Assembly: GCA_019310965.1 (NCBI GenBank)
Contig: JAFDDG010000005.1
Coordinates: 16,227 to 80,226 of the forward strand
Reading direction: 5' to 3'
Origin: Deltaproteobacteria bacterium
GTDB lineage: Bacteria; Myxococcota_A; UBA9160; SMWR01
DNA: 64,000 bases
Shown here piece after piece: positions 29,455-38,626 of this stretch. Both the position numbers and the translations under genes were made by a program. The notes below the pieces were generated by a model. The model was not told the DNA's origin. It worked only from the letters and a program-made list of their open reading frames with translations, and made no database searches. Position 1 is the stretch's first letter. Each line of letters begins with the position of its first letter.

Positions 29455-29519
29455 GCGGGGACGGTGTTGCTTTTTTGCCTTTTTCGAAAAAAAAGGCAAA
29501 AAAGCAACACCGTCCCCGC
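29455..29519. repeat. Perfect 30-bp-stem palindrome (5-nt loop) with an AT-rich core; copy 1 of a repeat family
   Basis: 29455..29484 is the exact reverse complement of 29490..29519 (GCGGGGACGGTGTTGCTTTTTTGCCTTTTT / AAAAAGGCAAAAAAGCAACACCGTCCCCGC). It lies between convergent genes. Confidence 0.95.
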
Positions 29520-29536
29520 CATCCTGAGCGGCGGTT

Positions 29537-30295
29537 TCAGTCTTTCCGCAGAAGATAGAAGACGTAGCTGTAGCTACCCCGGCTGCCTTCGAAGATTTCG
29601 ATCTCGTGGTCCTGGTGTCCGATCGCTGCGAGGGCGCGCGGATCGTCGGCGTAACGCGGGCGCAGCTTCGCCGCGCGGGCCTCGATTGGGTCGTAGTAGG
29701 CGCGCCAGTCCGAGTGGGGGAGTGCGAAGTGGTCGAGAACGCGGTAACCCGCTCGCTCGGCGCGTTTGCAGTTCGCCTCGACGTCGGCCATCTCCGGGTA
29801 GTGACCTTGCCAGAATGCCAGGGTCTCGGTCGGCGGCTCGCCGATCCAGCTCAGCTCGGTCACCGCCGCCAGGCCGCCCGGACGCAGCAGCTCGCCCCAG
29901 CGCGCGAGCCCGGCTTCGAAGCCCACGTTGTAGACGGCCCCTTCGCTCCAGATCAGATCGAACGAGCTCGCGGCGAACGGTGGACGAGCCATGTCGCTCT
30001 GCACCAGCGCGATGCGATCGGCGAGCCCCGCGCCTTCGGCGCGCGTGCGCAGTCGCTTCAGGAACGGCGGCAGCAGGTCGAGTGCCGCGATGTGGCCACC
30101 GGTCGCGCGCGCAAGCGCCAGCGTCTGGCGCCCGGGCCCGCAGCCCATGTCGGCGATGCGCGGTGTGCTGGGCAGCTCGGCCAGTGTCTCGAGCGCGCGA
30201 AGTGTCGAGGCATCGCTACCGGGGCCCTGCTGATCGAGATCCCCATTGACCAGCCACCACGCGGGGTGGGCCATGGGGTGAGGCTCGTCAGGCAT
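29537..30295 (-). CDS. Class I SAM-dependent methyltransferase
   Basis: ADMGCGPGRQT (motif I), LIWSEGAVY, LRPGG. The 5' end overlaps the upstream LLM gene stop by 8 nt. Confidence 0.85.
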   Translation of the reverse strand: MPDEPHPMAHPAWWLVNGDLDQQGPGSDASTLRALETLAELPSTPRIADMGCGPGRQTLALARATGGHIAALDLLPPFLKRLRTRAEGAGLADRIALVQSDMARPPFAASSFDLIWSEGAVYNVGFEAGLARWGELLRPGGLAAVTELSWIGEPPTETLAFWQGHYPEMADVEANCKRAERAGYRVLDHFALPHSDWRAYYDPIEARAAKLRPRYADDPRALAAIGHQDHEIEIFEGSRGSYSYVFYLLRKD

Positions 30296-31334
30296 CCCGC
30301 GAGCCCACGAGGTCCGCCATCAGCTCGTAGGCCTCCTCTTGCCGCGCGCGAACCGTGACGCCGGTGTAGGGCATGCTCTCCCAATCGGAGCGCCAGCGCT
30401 CCTTGATGCGTTCCGGTGTGCCGAAGAGCCCGCCCTCGTCGACGTATTCGTCGGGAACCGCCGCGATCGCTTCGTCGCGCTTGCCGGCCTGGAAGAGCTC
30501 GAAGATGCGATCGGCGGCTTCGCCCCAGCCCTCGCGGTGCATGCGCTTCCTGTGAAAGTTGAGCTTCGGGTGACCCATGCCGCCGACATAGAGCGCGATC
30601 CAGGGCTTGCCGGCGGCCAGGGCCGACTTCACGTCGTCGGTGATCTCCACGCTGACGCCGCCCTGGATCTCGAAGTCGCGGAGGCTCTTCCCGCCACCGG
30701 CGCGGCGAAAGCCCTCGTCGAGCCAGCTCATGCATTGTTCGGCGTTTCGCTTGCGAAGCCCGAACGGCAGCCAGCCGTCGGCGATCTCGGCCGTCATGCT
30801 GACGAGCGGCCTGGCGCCGGTGCCGAGCCAGATCTTGGGTGCCCGCTCGTAGTGCAGGATCGATTTGAGGGGCTTGCCCATCTGCGACGAGTCGGGTCCC
30901 CGGTACGGCAGCTGCAGCTCCTTGCCGTCGTGGGTCACCGGGCCCTCGCGCGCGAAGATCTTCTTCATGATCAACGTGGTGTCGCGCAGGCGTTCCTTGG
31001 GGTCGCCCCACGGTACGCCGTACCAGCCCTCGACGATCTGCGGCCCGGATGCGCCGAGGCCGCCGATCACGCGTCCGCCGCCGGCCATCGCGTCGACCGT
31101 GCCGAGTTGCATCGCGGTCATGGTGGGTGTGCGGGCCGCCACCTGAATGACGCCCGTGCCGAGCCGAATGCGCTCGGTGTGGGCGGCGATGTAGGCAAGC
31201 GGTGTAATGGCGTCCGAGCCGTAGGCTTCCGCCGTCCACACCGAGTCGTAGCCGAGCGCTTCGCAGCGCTGGATGCGTTCGATGGGGAGGTCGAAATGCC
31301 GCCCGGAGTACTCGACGGCCAATCCCAACTTCAT
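30288..31334 (-). CDS. LLM-class (luciferase-like) oxidoreductase, probably F420-dependent
   Basis: 348 aa. YDSVWTAEAYGSDAITPLAYIAAHTERIRLGTGV and GLGASGPQIVEGWYGVPW, typical of this family. Confidence 0.85.
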   Translation of the reverse strand: MKLGLAVEYSGRHFDLPIERIQRCEALGYDSVWTAEAYGSDAITPLAYIAAHTERIRLGTGVIQVAARTPTMTAMQLGTVDAMAGGGRVIGGLGASGPQIVEGWYGVPWGDPKERLRDTTLIMKKIFAREGPVTHDGKELQLPYRGPDSSQMGKPLKSILHYERAPKIWLGTGARPLVSMTAEIADGWLPFGLRKRNAEQCMSWLDEGFRRAGGGKSLRDFEIQGGVSVEITDDVKSALAAGKPWIALYVGGMGHPKLNFHRKRMHREGWGEAADRIFELFQAGKRDEAIAAVPDEYVDEGGLFGTPERIKERWRSDWESMPYTGVTVRARQEEAYELMADLVGSRDA

Positions 31335-31359
31335 CGTGGCACTTCTCCGCGGTGCGACA

Positions 31360-32574
31360 TCAGGCGGTGACTTCCCCGCTCGAGATGGCTTCGCTGTCCT
31401 CGAGGCAGGCGAAGCCTTCGGTGCGCAGGCGCCCGAGCGGCACTCGATGGATCGTCACCGTCGGGCCTTCGGTCGGCTTGATCAGGCGCAGGCTGAAGAC
31501 GCCCGTGGTATGTGCGAACGAGTCGATCCAATTGCCGCCGATGCCCGGATCGGCGTCTGCGATCACGGCTCGGACCGAGCCGTCCGATTCGTAGCGAGCG
31601 TTGAACTTCGTGATGTAGCCCTGGCCATCCTCGTACACGTCGAGATTCTCGTGCCAGAGGTTGCAGATCTGAAGGATCCAGTATTCGCACTCCGGGGGAT
31701 TGAATTGCACCACCAGCGCATCCTCGGCGGGCTTCTTCCAGCGTCCGAAACCGTGCAAACGGTCGAGAACGCCGCCGTTGCTCAGATAGGTGCCTTCCGA
31801 GAAGACGATGCGGTTGGGCTCGTCGGGCAGCTTGTTTGCCCACCAGTCCCGTACCTGCTCCGCGTAGCCGAGCACGACCTGTCCCGCCTTGGCCAATCCC
31901 TGGCTCACGTCTTTCGGCCCCACCGGACGCGGCGCCGGTGCATCGAGCCGCTCGATGCGCATCGTGGGCGGAATCTCGGCGGCCCGGTCGTGATGCACGG
32001 TGCGCACCAGTACGCCCACCGAGTCGTCGCGCAGCGCCAACCAGTTGCCGTCTCGCGGCTGCCTGCTCACGATTACGTCGAAATCGCCGTTTGCATCGAA
32101 GTCGATGTCGTCGCTCATCAGAAAAGCGGTGGTGGTGAGATTCGTGGGGTCGAACTCGGCGAGGCCGGCGACGCCACGCTCCGCCCAGTTTCGCGCACCC
32201 AGGTCGTCGGGCTGTGGCGCACTCCAGGCGGCCATCACGAAGTAGGGCAGGGTGCCGCGGTTGCCGCGAATCCGGTATTCGTGCTCTCCGTTGATGAACT
32301 CGCAGAGCAGATGGTCTTGATCCGGGCACTGCACGTTGATGCTCTGACGCCATGGGGCGTCGCGCAGCCGCGGTCGCTCGGGCTCACAGTTCTCCACGAA
32401 GCGTTCGAAGCCGTTGCGTGCGAGGCGGGTGAGGTAGCGGTACCACTCGGCGCGGTCGAGATCCGATGTATCCGCGGGGAATTCTTCGACCATGCGTCCC
32501 GCGACCTTCAGCGTGTCGCAGAAGTCGTCCCAGGCTTTGCCGCTCAACAGGCGACTGGAGGCAGGTTCGGACAT
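31360..32574 (-). CDS. DUF1214-like family protein, paralogue 2 of 3 (most diverged)
   Basis: ATG 32574 (MSEPASS) is preceded by GGAG. The EYRIRGNRG, DFDVIVSRQPRDGNWL and DPGIGGNWID blocks are collinear with the other two paralogues. Confidence 0.7.
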   Translation of the reverse strand: MSEPASSRLLSGKAWDDFCDTLKVAGRMVEEFPADTSDLDRAEWYRYLTRLARNGFERFVENCEPERPRLRDAPWRQSINVQCPDQDHLLCEFINGEHEYRIRGNRGTLPYFVMAAWSAPQPDDLGARNWAERGVAGLAEFDPTNLTTTAFLMSDDIDFDANGDFDVIVSRQPRDGNWLALRDDSVGVLVRTVHHDRAAEIPPTMRIERLDAPAPRPVGPKDVSQGLAKAGQVVLGYAEQVRDWWANKLPDEPNRIVFSEGTYLSNGGVLDRLHGFGRWKKPAEDALVVQFNPPECEYWILQICNLWHENLDVYEDGQGYITKFNARYESDGSVRAVIADADPGIGGNWIDSFAHTTGVFSLRLIKPTEGPTVTIHRVPLGRLRTEGFACLEDSEAISSGEVTA

Positions 32575-32780
32575 GGAGGCTCCTGGCGTGTTGCTCGCCG
32601 GCGCGGGTGCACGCCGAGCGGGAAGGGACCAGTCTCGCACGAAGCGAGCCGGGGATGGCGTCCAGATTCTCCGCACCGTATCGAGACATGGAGCGGGGCT
32701 CGAGTGCGACCTCGCAGCATCTACCGCGCGGGCGAGGGGGTGGGGCCGCCCGTCGCGGTCCGCGAGCCTCAGCGGCCGGT

Positions 32781-34259
32781 TCAGCCAATTTCGAGACGCC
32801 CGCCACTTACCTTCGCCTCGCGCCCGCAGACGTCCTCGTCGGCGAGGAGGGCGTCCATCAGCTGCGGCTCGTCGGAGCTGGCCCAGACCCGGGAGCCGTC
32901 TTCGGTGAGCGTGCTGAAGGTGATGCGATGCGGCCCGGCAGGCAGCACATCGACGCTGTAGCTCTCGATGCGGACTCCGCCGGTGTACCCGGTCCGGTAC
33001 GGACGCGTGGGCATGGCCGCGCACGTCTTGCTCACGTCCTCCATCGCCGGGGCGGCCTGCGTGCCGGGATCGCTCGAATAGACGCCGAAGGCGAATTTGG
33101 TGAAGTTGCCGCCCAGCGATCCCACGAGGCCGAGGCTGCCCGGGTCAGCGCGCAATAGCTCGACCATGCGGGCCTTGGCCTGGATGACGTAGTTGCCGAA
33201 CGGTCCGCCGGAGAAGGTGAGCCCCCCGGTGACCGACAGCGGTCGCGTCTCGTCGAGTCCCAGCGAGGCGGCTCCAGCTTCCACGGCGAATGGGAAGCAG
33301 GAGTAGAGGTCGACGTGCGCCAGGTCGCTTGCGTCGGCGCCGGCGAGTTCGAGGACTCGCTGCCCGGCGACGTGCATGCCCGGGTGCTCGTAAAGGTGAC
33401 GGCGCTCGGACAGCAGGGTGGCGTGGTTCATCTGAGTGGCGGCGCGCAGGTAGACGAGCCGCTCCGGCGCGATGCCGAATCGCGTGGCGGTCTCTTCGGA
33501 GCACACGATCAGCGCCGCGCTCTGATCGACCGAGATGTTGGCCGTCATCAACTTCGTGTAGGGATAGGAGACCATGCGATTTGCGCGCGTTGGCGTCGCG
33601 ATCTCTTCGGCCGAGACGTGGCGCTGGATCCAGGCGTGGGGGTTCTTCGCGGCCACGGCGCTGAGCCGCGAGCTGAGTTCCGAGATGTGGCGCCGATGCT
33701 CGGCCGGCGTCGCTCCGCGCTCGGCTCGCAGTGCCGTCTCGCAGAGCGCGAAGCAGACGCTCGGTTTGTTGATGCCGATGTCGACCTCGGCCTGCGAGAA
33801 GGCACCCTCGTAGCTGCCGAAGCGTCGGTCGGGCTCGCCGGGAATCTCCTCGTTCCAGGTGGGCCAATCGCCGGTCTTCTGCAGCTGGCGCTTGCTGTTC
33901 TCGCTCTCGCCCCCGACGATGGCGACCACATCGCGTTGGCCGGCGGCGATCTCGGCGCAGGCCCAGTCGACGAGCACCTGCACGATGTGTCCGCTGACGA
34001 TCCCGATCCCGGTCTCGACGCTGCCGGCGCCGACTCGCTCGGCGAGCAGCGCTGCCGGGTCGCCGTAGTGCCAGGTGCCCTGGGGCACGAGGATCGTGTC
34101 GATCGCCTCGAGCAACCTGGGCGTTCCGGCGTCCGAGGCGGCGTCTCGCAGCGCCTGCTCCATCATTGCGATGGGCTCCCGGGCCTCGCGCGGGTCATCG
34201 ACCCGCTGTAGAAATTGGGCGGCGCCCGCGATGGCAGGGCGGCGAGGGATGGGGGACAT
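32781..34259 (-). CDS. Thiolase-like (SCP-x/acetyl-CoA acetyltransferase-like) protein with a C-terminal extension
   Basis: 492 aa. Thiolase-fold features (NKPSVCFALCE, DLYSCFP, GGPFGNY) but no clear acyl-Cys motif. About 90 aa of extra C-terminal sequence. Confidence 0.7.
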   Translation of the reverse strand: MSPIPRRPAIAGAAQFLQRVDDPREAREPIAMMEQALRDAASDAGTPRLLEAIDTILVPQGTWHYGDPAALLAERVGAGSVETGIGIVSGHIVQVLVDWACAEIAAGQRDVVAIVGGESENSKRQLQKTGDWPTWNEEIPGEPDRRFGSYEGAFSQAEVDIGINKPSVCFALCETALRAERGATPAEHRRHISELSSRLSAVAAKNPHAWIQRHVSAEEIATPTRANRMVSYPYTKLMTANISVDQSAALIVCSEETATRFGIAPERLVYLRAATQMNHATLLSERRHLYEHPGMHVAGQRVLELAGADASDLAHVDLYSCFPFAVEAGAASLGLDETRPLSVTGGLTFSGGPFGNYVIQAKARMVELLRADPGSLGLVGSLGGNFTKFAFGVYSSDPGTQAAPAMEDVSKTCAAMPTRPYRTGYTGGVRIESYSVDVLPAGPHRITFSTLTEDGSRVWASSDEPQLMDALLADEDVCGREAKVSGGRLEIG

Positions 34260-34528
34260 GGCTTCTCCGGTGAAATTGCTGGGGCCGGCAGTTCATAGCA
34301 TCCGCCGCGTCGGTCGGCGCCGCCCGCTGCGGGCTGGGGAACCTCTGCACAAGCGTCCCCGGCGCCCGGTGGATCCGCGCAAAGCGGAGGAACGACGGAT
34401 TGCGCTCCCAGACCCATGCCCTCTCGGTGTTGGAAGTGGGTGGTTCTTTCTTCCATGCCACCGACGGGGCCACCTTCAATTCGGGCCTTTCACCCCGGAG
34501 AAAGATTTCGCTTCAGGGCACGGAGGCG

Positions 34529-36069
34529 TCACGCCTTTGTGCGCAAGCCGGGTACTACGCGAAGGGTGGCCAGGAACGCCCAGGTCGCGACCAGGGCGAA
34601 CGCAACCAGGTGGAACGCACTCGGATTCAGATAGCCACGGTCCGCGATCATCAGAAAGGCCGGAAGGCTCGTCGGCGTATAGAAGAGCAGGAGCTTGACC
34701 TCCTCCCAGCGTCGCAACGCGAGCAAGGAGCCGAGCAATGGCAGAGCGATCCACGCGGTGAACGGAATCTTCAAATAGCTCGAGCCGAATGCAAGGCGAA
34801 CAGGAGTGGTGTGGTTGAAGATCCGCTGGCTGCGCTTCATCAGGATGCTCAAGTACCAGCCCGGCGATTCGCGAATGTCGCCGAGGATCTTGTCCCGCAG
34901 TACCAGCTGATACTCGGGCAGGGTCTCGGGCTTGGTGACATGACCGGTCTTGCCTTCGTTCTTGAAGAACCAGCCGTCGAGTTTGTACTTCGTTCCGTAC
35001 CTCGCGTTGAGGATTGGGATCGCGAATCTATAGGCGGCCTGGTCGGTGTGCTGGTAGCCCTTGTCCTGGCCGAAATCTCCGAGCCCGAACCAGATCGAGT
35101 GCCAGAGCGAGTGATGCAGGTTCCAGCTGCCTTTGTGCGCGCGTCCGCCGGCTGCTTCGACGACTTCTACGGCAGTGTCGATCTTGGCATTCCAGTAGGC
35201 GGACCAGATCTGTCCGGTCGCGAAGGCGACAGACAGGAGCAGCACGACGAGGCCGGCGCGCCGGCGCCACGTGCCCGGCGCCCAAAGACATGCGAGCACG
35301 ACCGACGCGATCAGCAGCGCCGGTTCAGTGCGAACCTCGCGAAAGCTGGCGAGGAAGACTCCCGCGACGCAGGGGATGGCGAAATGCCAGATGCGTGGTC
35401 CTCGGCCCAACAGCAGCGGGGCGCACAGTGCCAGCATCAAGCCGGCGACTTGGATCGGGTACGACCAGACATTGGTCTCGATGTGGATGTGGTAGAGCTG
35501 GAAGGGGTTGGAACCCAGCACCGCGATGAGCGGCAGGGCCAGCACCTTGCGGTGGTTCACGCTCAGCGACACAAAGAGTGCGAGCGACGTGGCGATAGCG
35601 AGCCAGCGATTGAAAGTGAGGGCAGTGGCCCGGGCAGCGCGGCCATCTTCCCAATAGTCGGGATAGAGCAGGAAGAGCTGCCGAAATCGCCTTTGCGCAG
35701 CATCGTGTTGACCCCGCCCACGAGCAGCGGGCGCGGTATCTCCCGCGGCTCGATCAACGCCCGGGCGATGCGGGGGTCATCGACCAACGCATCCTTCGCG
35801 CCCAGAAAGGAAATCGGGAAGTGTCCGGTGTAGTGGTAGAAATAGAACAAGGGCTTGATGGCGTCGATCAACACGCCCACGCCGCCGGGCCTCGCCTTGA
35901 AAGAATGGTCGAGCCGCGCCGCGTCGCGCTCGAAGGCCGTGTGCCAGCCCACGATCAGCGCGCAGCCGGCGACGAGGTAGAGCAGCGTCGCCACGCGACC
36001 GAGATCGAGACAGGCGGGATCGCGGGTCGAGAGCCAGTTCGCGAGTTGTTTGCGATGCCCGGCACTCAT
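34529..36069 (-). pseudogene. Polytopic membrane protein apparently split by a frameshift near 35650..35690 (or two adjacent genes)
   Basis: The N-terminal ORF (ATG 36069 to TGA 35563) and the ORF 34529..35572 overlap. The downstream frame stays open and coding-like for at least 45 codons upstream of its first start codon (FRQLFLLYPDYWEDGRAARATALTFNRWLAIATSLALFV). Confidence 0.5.
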
Positions 36070-36367
36070 CACGGCGATTGCGATGAACACGTCTTGGGAG
36101 AAATGCAAGCCGCGGTCACGACCACCAGACCTACGCGAACCGCCACGCGGCGGTCGTGGAAGCCACGGTTGCGGTGTGCGCCGTCGTCGCCCGGTGCATC
36201 GTGGCTGCTCCTGAGCTGCATGGACTTCCCCCGGAATCGTGGCCGCCCGGGAGGCTGGAAAGGACTTCCCCCGCACGGAGCTTCTCGTTCGTGCACACGA
36301 TAGGAAGATCGCTCTTGACGCGGGCTCGATCGAGCCTTGCACCCCGGAGAGACACTCTGTTTCAGGG

Positions 36368-37654
36368 CTAGGTCACGGGCTCCCTTCGAGCCAGATGGCG
36401 ATGCCGCACCGCCAGGGCCTCGCGGCGCTGCGCGGAGCTGTACTCCGGCGTGTCGGCCGGCAGCGCGTCGCGGATCTCCGAGAATGGCACGACCCGCACG
36501 CGCGGGTGGGGCCGGCTCTGCGTCCAGATCCAGCGGTACTGGAGCATGCCCTCGGGATGGCCCGAAGTGTCGAGCCAGTTCTGCACGCCCGGGTCGCGGT
36601 GCGCTACGACGCAGCGCAACATGCCGTCGCTGTCGATGCGCGCCTGGGCCGCGTTGAGGCCGCTCTGCCGCGTGGCGTAGTCCATCGTGCGAAACCACAC
36701 GTCGCAGAGCTGCACCTGCCAGTAACGAGCGTCGGGTAGCTCGGACTCGACGATCATGGCCTCGTCGGGGTCGAGCGACCACCAGTCGTTTCCGTAGACG
36801 ATGTCCTTGGCGCCGCCGACGAAGGGGCGCGGTTCGCGCAGGCTGCCCTTCACGTGATCGCGGCGCAGCTGATCGATCCACTCCATCCAGAACTTTGCCG
36901 TCTGCAGTGTCCACAGGCCCGCCTCGTCGAGCAGGCCCGCCATGCGCGCCGGGGTGATCGGCGGTGGCGCCTCGCCCTCGCCGCCGACGCGATAGATCTC
37001 GAAGCGGGCCGGGCGCTCTGCCGCCCAGTCGACGAAGTACTGGCGGACCGTGAAGTAGCGCGCGTCGGGACACAGCGGCATCCAGTTGCCGCTGTGTCCG
37101 GCCGGGCGCTCGGCCGAGAGAAGGATCTCGAAGTCCCCACCGCTCTCGGTCTCCAGCTCGCTCAGGAGCAGCGTTTCGAAGACCTGGTCGTCCCCGAGCT
37201 GCATGTATCCGTCCTTGATCTCGAGCAGTGCCTCGAACGCGTTGCTGCGGTTGCCTTCGATCCGATAGGCGGCATCCGGGCGGATGCGCGCCCACAGATA
37301 CTGGTTGTCGACGTTCTCGGCGCCCCACTTGGCCTCGGAGTCCGGGTTGCGCACGAGGCGGGGGCGCTCCGGATCCGACAGCTGGAGCGCCTGCAAGATC
37401 CCCGAGTTCACCAGGCCCAACAGATACTGAAAGCCTTCGCTGCGCAGCTGGCCGGGGACGTCGGTCTCCGCGGTCGGGAATGCGAGGACGTGCTCTCCGG
37501 CGGCTTCCAAGGCGCGGCAGAACTCGCGCCAGGCCGTGCCGTCGAGCAGGCGCCGCGCGTTCTCTGCTTCGTCGCGCTTCTCTGGGTGCAGCTCGGCCTT
37601 GAGGGCGGCGCCGCTCTTGCCGCTGCCGCCGATGGCAGGCTCTTCGTCGCTCAT
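36368..37654 (-). CDS. DUF1214-like family protein, paralogue 3 of 3
   Basis: The ATG at 37654 overlaps the TGA of the upstream dioxygenase gene (TGATG). 428 aa. DNQYLWARIRPDAAYRIEGN, DFEILLSAERPAGHSGNWMP, DPGVQNWLDTSGHPEGMLQYRW. Confidence 0.7.
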   Translation of the reverse strand: MSDEEPAIGGSGKSGAALKAELHPEKRDEAENARRLLDGTAWREFCRALEAAGEHVLAFPTAETDVPGQLRSEGFQYLLGLVNSGILQALQLSDPERPRLVRNPDSEAKWGAENVDNQYLWARIRPDAAYRIEGNRSNAFEALLEIKDGYMQLGDDQVFETLLLSELETESGGDFEILLSAERPAGHSGNWMPLCPDARYFTVRQYFVDWAAERPARFEIYRVGGEGEAPPPITPARMAGLLDEAGLWTLQTAKFWMEWIDQLRRDHVKGSLREPRPFVGGAKDIVYGNDWWSLDPDEAMIVESELPDARYWQVQLCDVWFRTMDYATRQSGLNAAQARIDSDGMLRCVVAHRDPGVQNWLDTSGHPEGMLQYRWIWTQSRPHPRVRVVPFSEIRDALPADTPEYSSAQRREALAVRHRHLARREPVT

Positions 37655-38505
37655 CAGAGGCGCCCATCGGCCAGCAGGTCTGCCGGGGCCACCAGATCGA
37701 CGGTGCCCAGGTAGCCCCCACCCAGCATCAGCGCGTCGTGCGCCGCGTAGCCCAACAGCTCCTGGGAGCGACGGGGCAGAGTGCGTGCGATGTCTGGCGG
37801 CGCGACCAGACACTGGTTCTCCTCGGTGCGCAGCCAGCCGACGGTGTAGCTGATGTGCATGCCGCGCCTCCAGGTGTCTTCCGTCGAGTTCGGACCGCCG
37901 GCGTGGATCGTGGAGCCGAGGTACAGCACCGCCGAGCCCGCCGGCATTTCGGCGACCGCGATCTCGTCGGGCTGCGCCTCGCGTTCCGTCGGCCACTCGT
38001 GGCTGCCGGGTACCAGGAGTGTGGCGCCGATTTCGGCCTCGAAGTCGACGAGTGCGACGATCGAGGCGACCTGGATCTCCGGATGCGGGCGCGGCAGGTG
38101 CACCCAGACCAGCTCGTCGCGGTGCAAGATCTGCTGCTCGGCGCCCGGGCCGCGATCGAGGACGTGCGCGATGTTGAGCTGATAGCTCGCGCAGAAGGGG
38201 CCTAGCACCGCGTCGCAGACGCCCATGCTGATCGGGTGCGGCAGGATCTCTTCGGCGAAGACCCGCGACTGCGCGGCCATCCCCGTCAGATGCCGGGTCT
38301 TGTCGCCAAAGAAGAACTCCACAGCCGGGTTCACGAAGGAGCGCCTGGGGCTCGTGGCCTCCAGCAGCGGGTCGAGCTCCGCGTTGAAGCGCGCCAGGGT
38401 GTCGTCGTCGAGGAAGCCCTCGACGATGACGGCACCGTGATCCTGCAGCTCGCGGGTGATCTTGTCGTGCGGCGTACCGGAGTCGACGTGGGGAACGAAG
38501 GGCAT
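37654..38505 (-). CDS. Phytanoyl-CoA dioxygenase (PhyH) family Fe(II)/2-oxoglutarate oxygenase
   Basis: HRDELVW (HxD), GATLLVPGSH and TIHAGGPN (distal His) pattern. AGGAAGGAAACC precedes ATG 38505. Confidence 0.8.
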   Translation of the reverse strand: MPFVPHVDSGTPHDKITRELQDHGAVIVEGFLDDDTLARFNAELDPLLEATSPRRSFVNPAVEFFFGDKTRHLTGMAAQSRVFAEEILPHPISMGVCDAVLGPFCASYQLNIAHVLDRGPGAEQQILHRDELVWVHLPRPHPEIQVASIVALVDFEAEIGATLLVPGSHEWPTEREAQPDEIAVAEMPAGSAVLYLGSTIHAGGPNSTEDTWRRGMHISYTVGWLRTEENQCLVAPPDIARTLPRRSQELLGYAAHDALMLGGGYLGTVDLVAPADLLADGRL

Positions 38506-38626
38506 GGTTTCCTTCCTGCTGGTGGGTGGCGGCATTGTCACCCCCCGCATGGCAGCTGCGCCAGAAGAATGTTGCGCGCCGCGTTGAGGGGTGCCTGGAG
38601 CCCCCCTCCAAGGCGAGGCGGCCGCC

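Noticed and set aside
29455-29519. Integron attC site interpretation of the palindromes
   Set aside because: attC sites have an RYYYAAC core at the 5' end and GTTRRRY at the 3' end. Here the GTT triplet precedes the AAC triplet in both strands, the arms are perfect (no extrahelical bases) and no integron integrase is present.
36069-37721. 550-aa minus-strand ORF overlapping the DUF1214-like gene
   Set aside because: Its product is Arg/Pro/Gly/Ala-rich with no motifs and is out of frame with the well-conserved paralogue sequence, so it is a shadow ORF.
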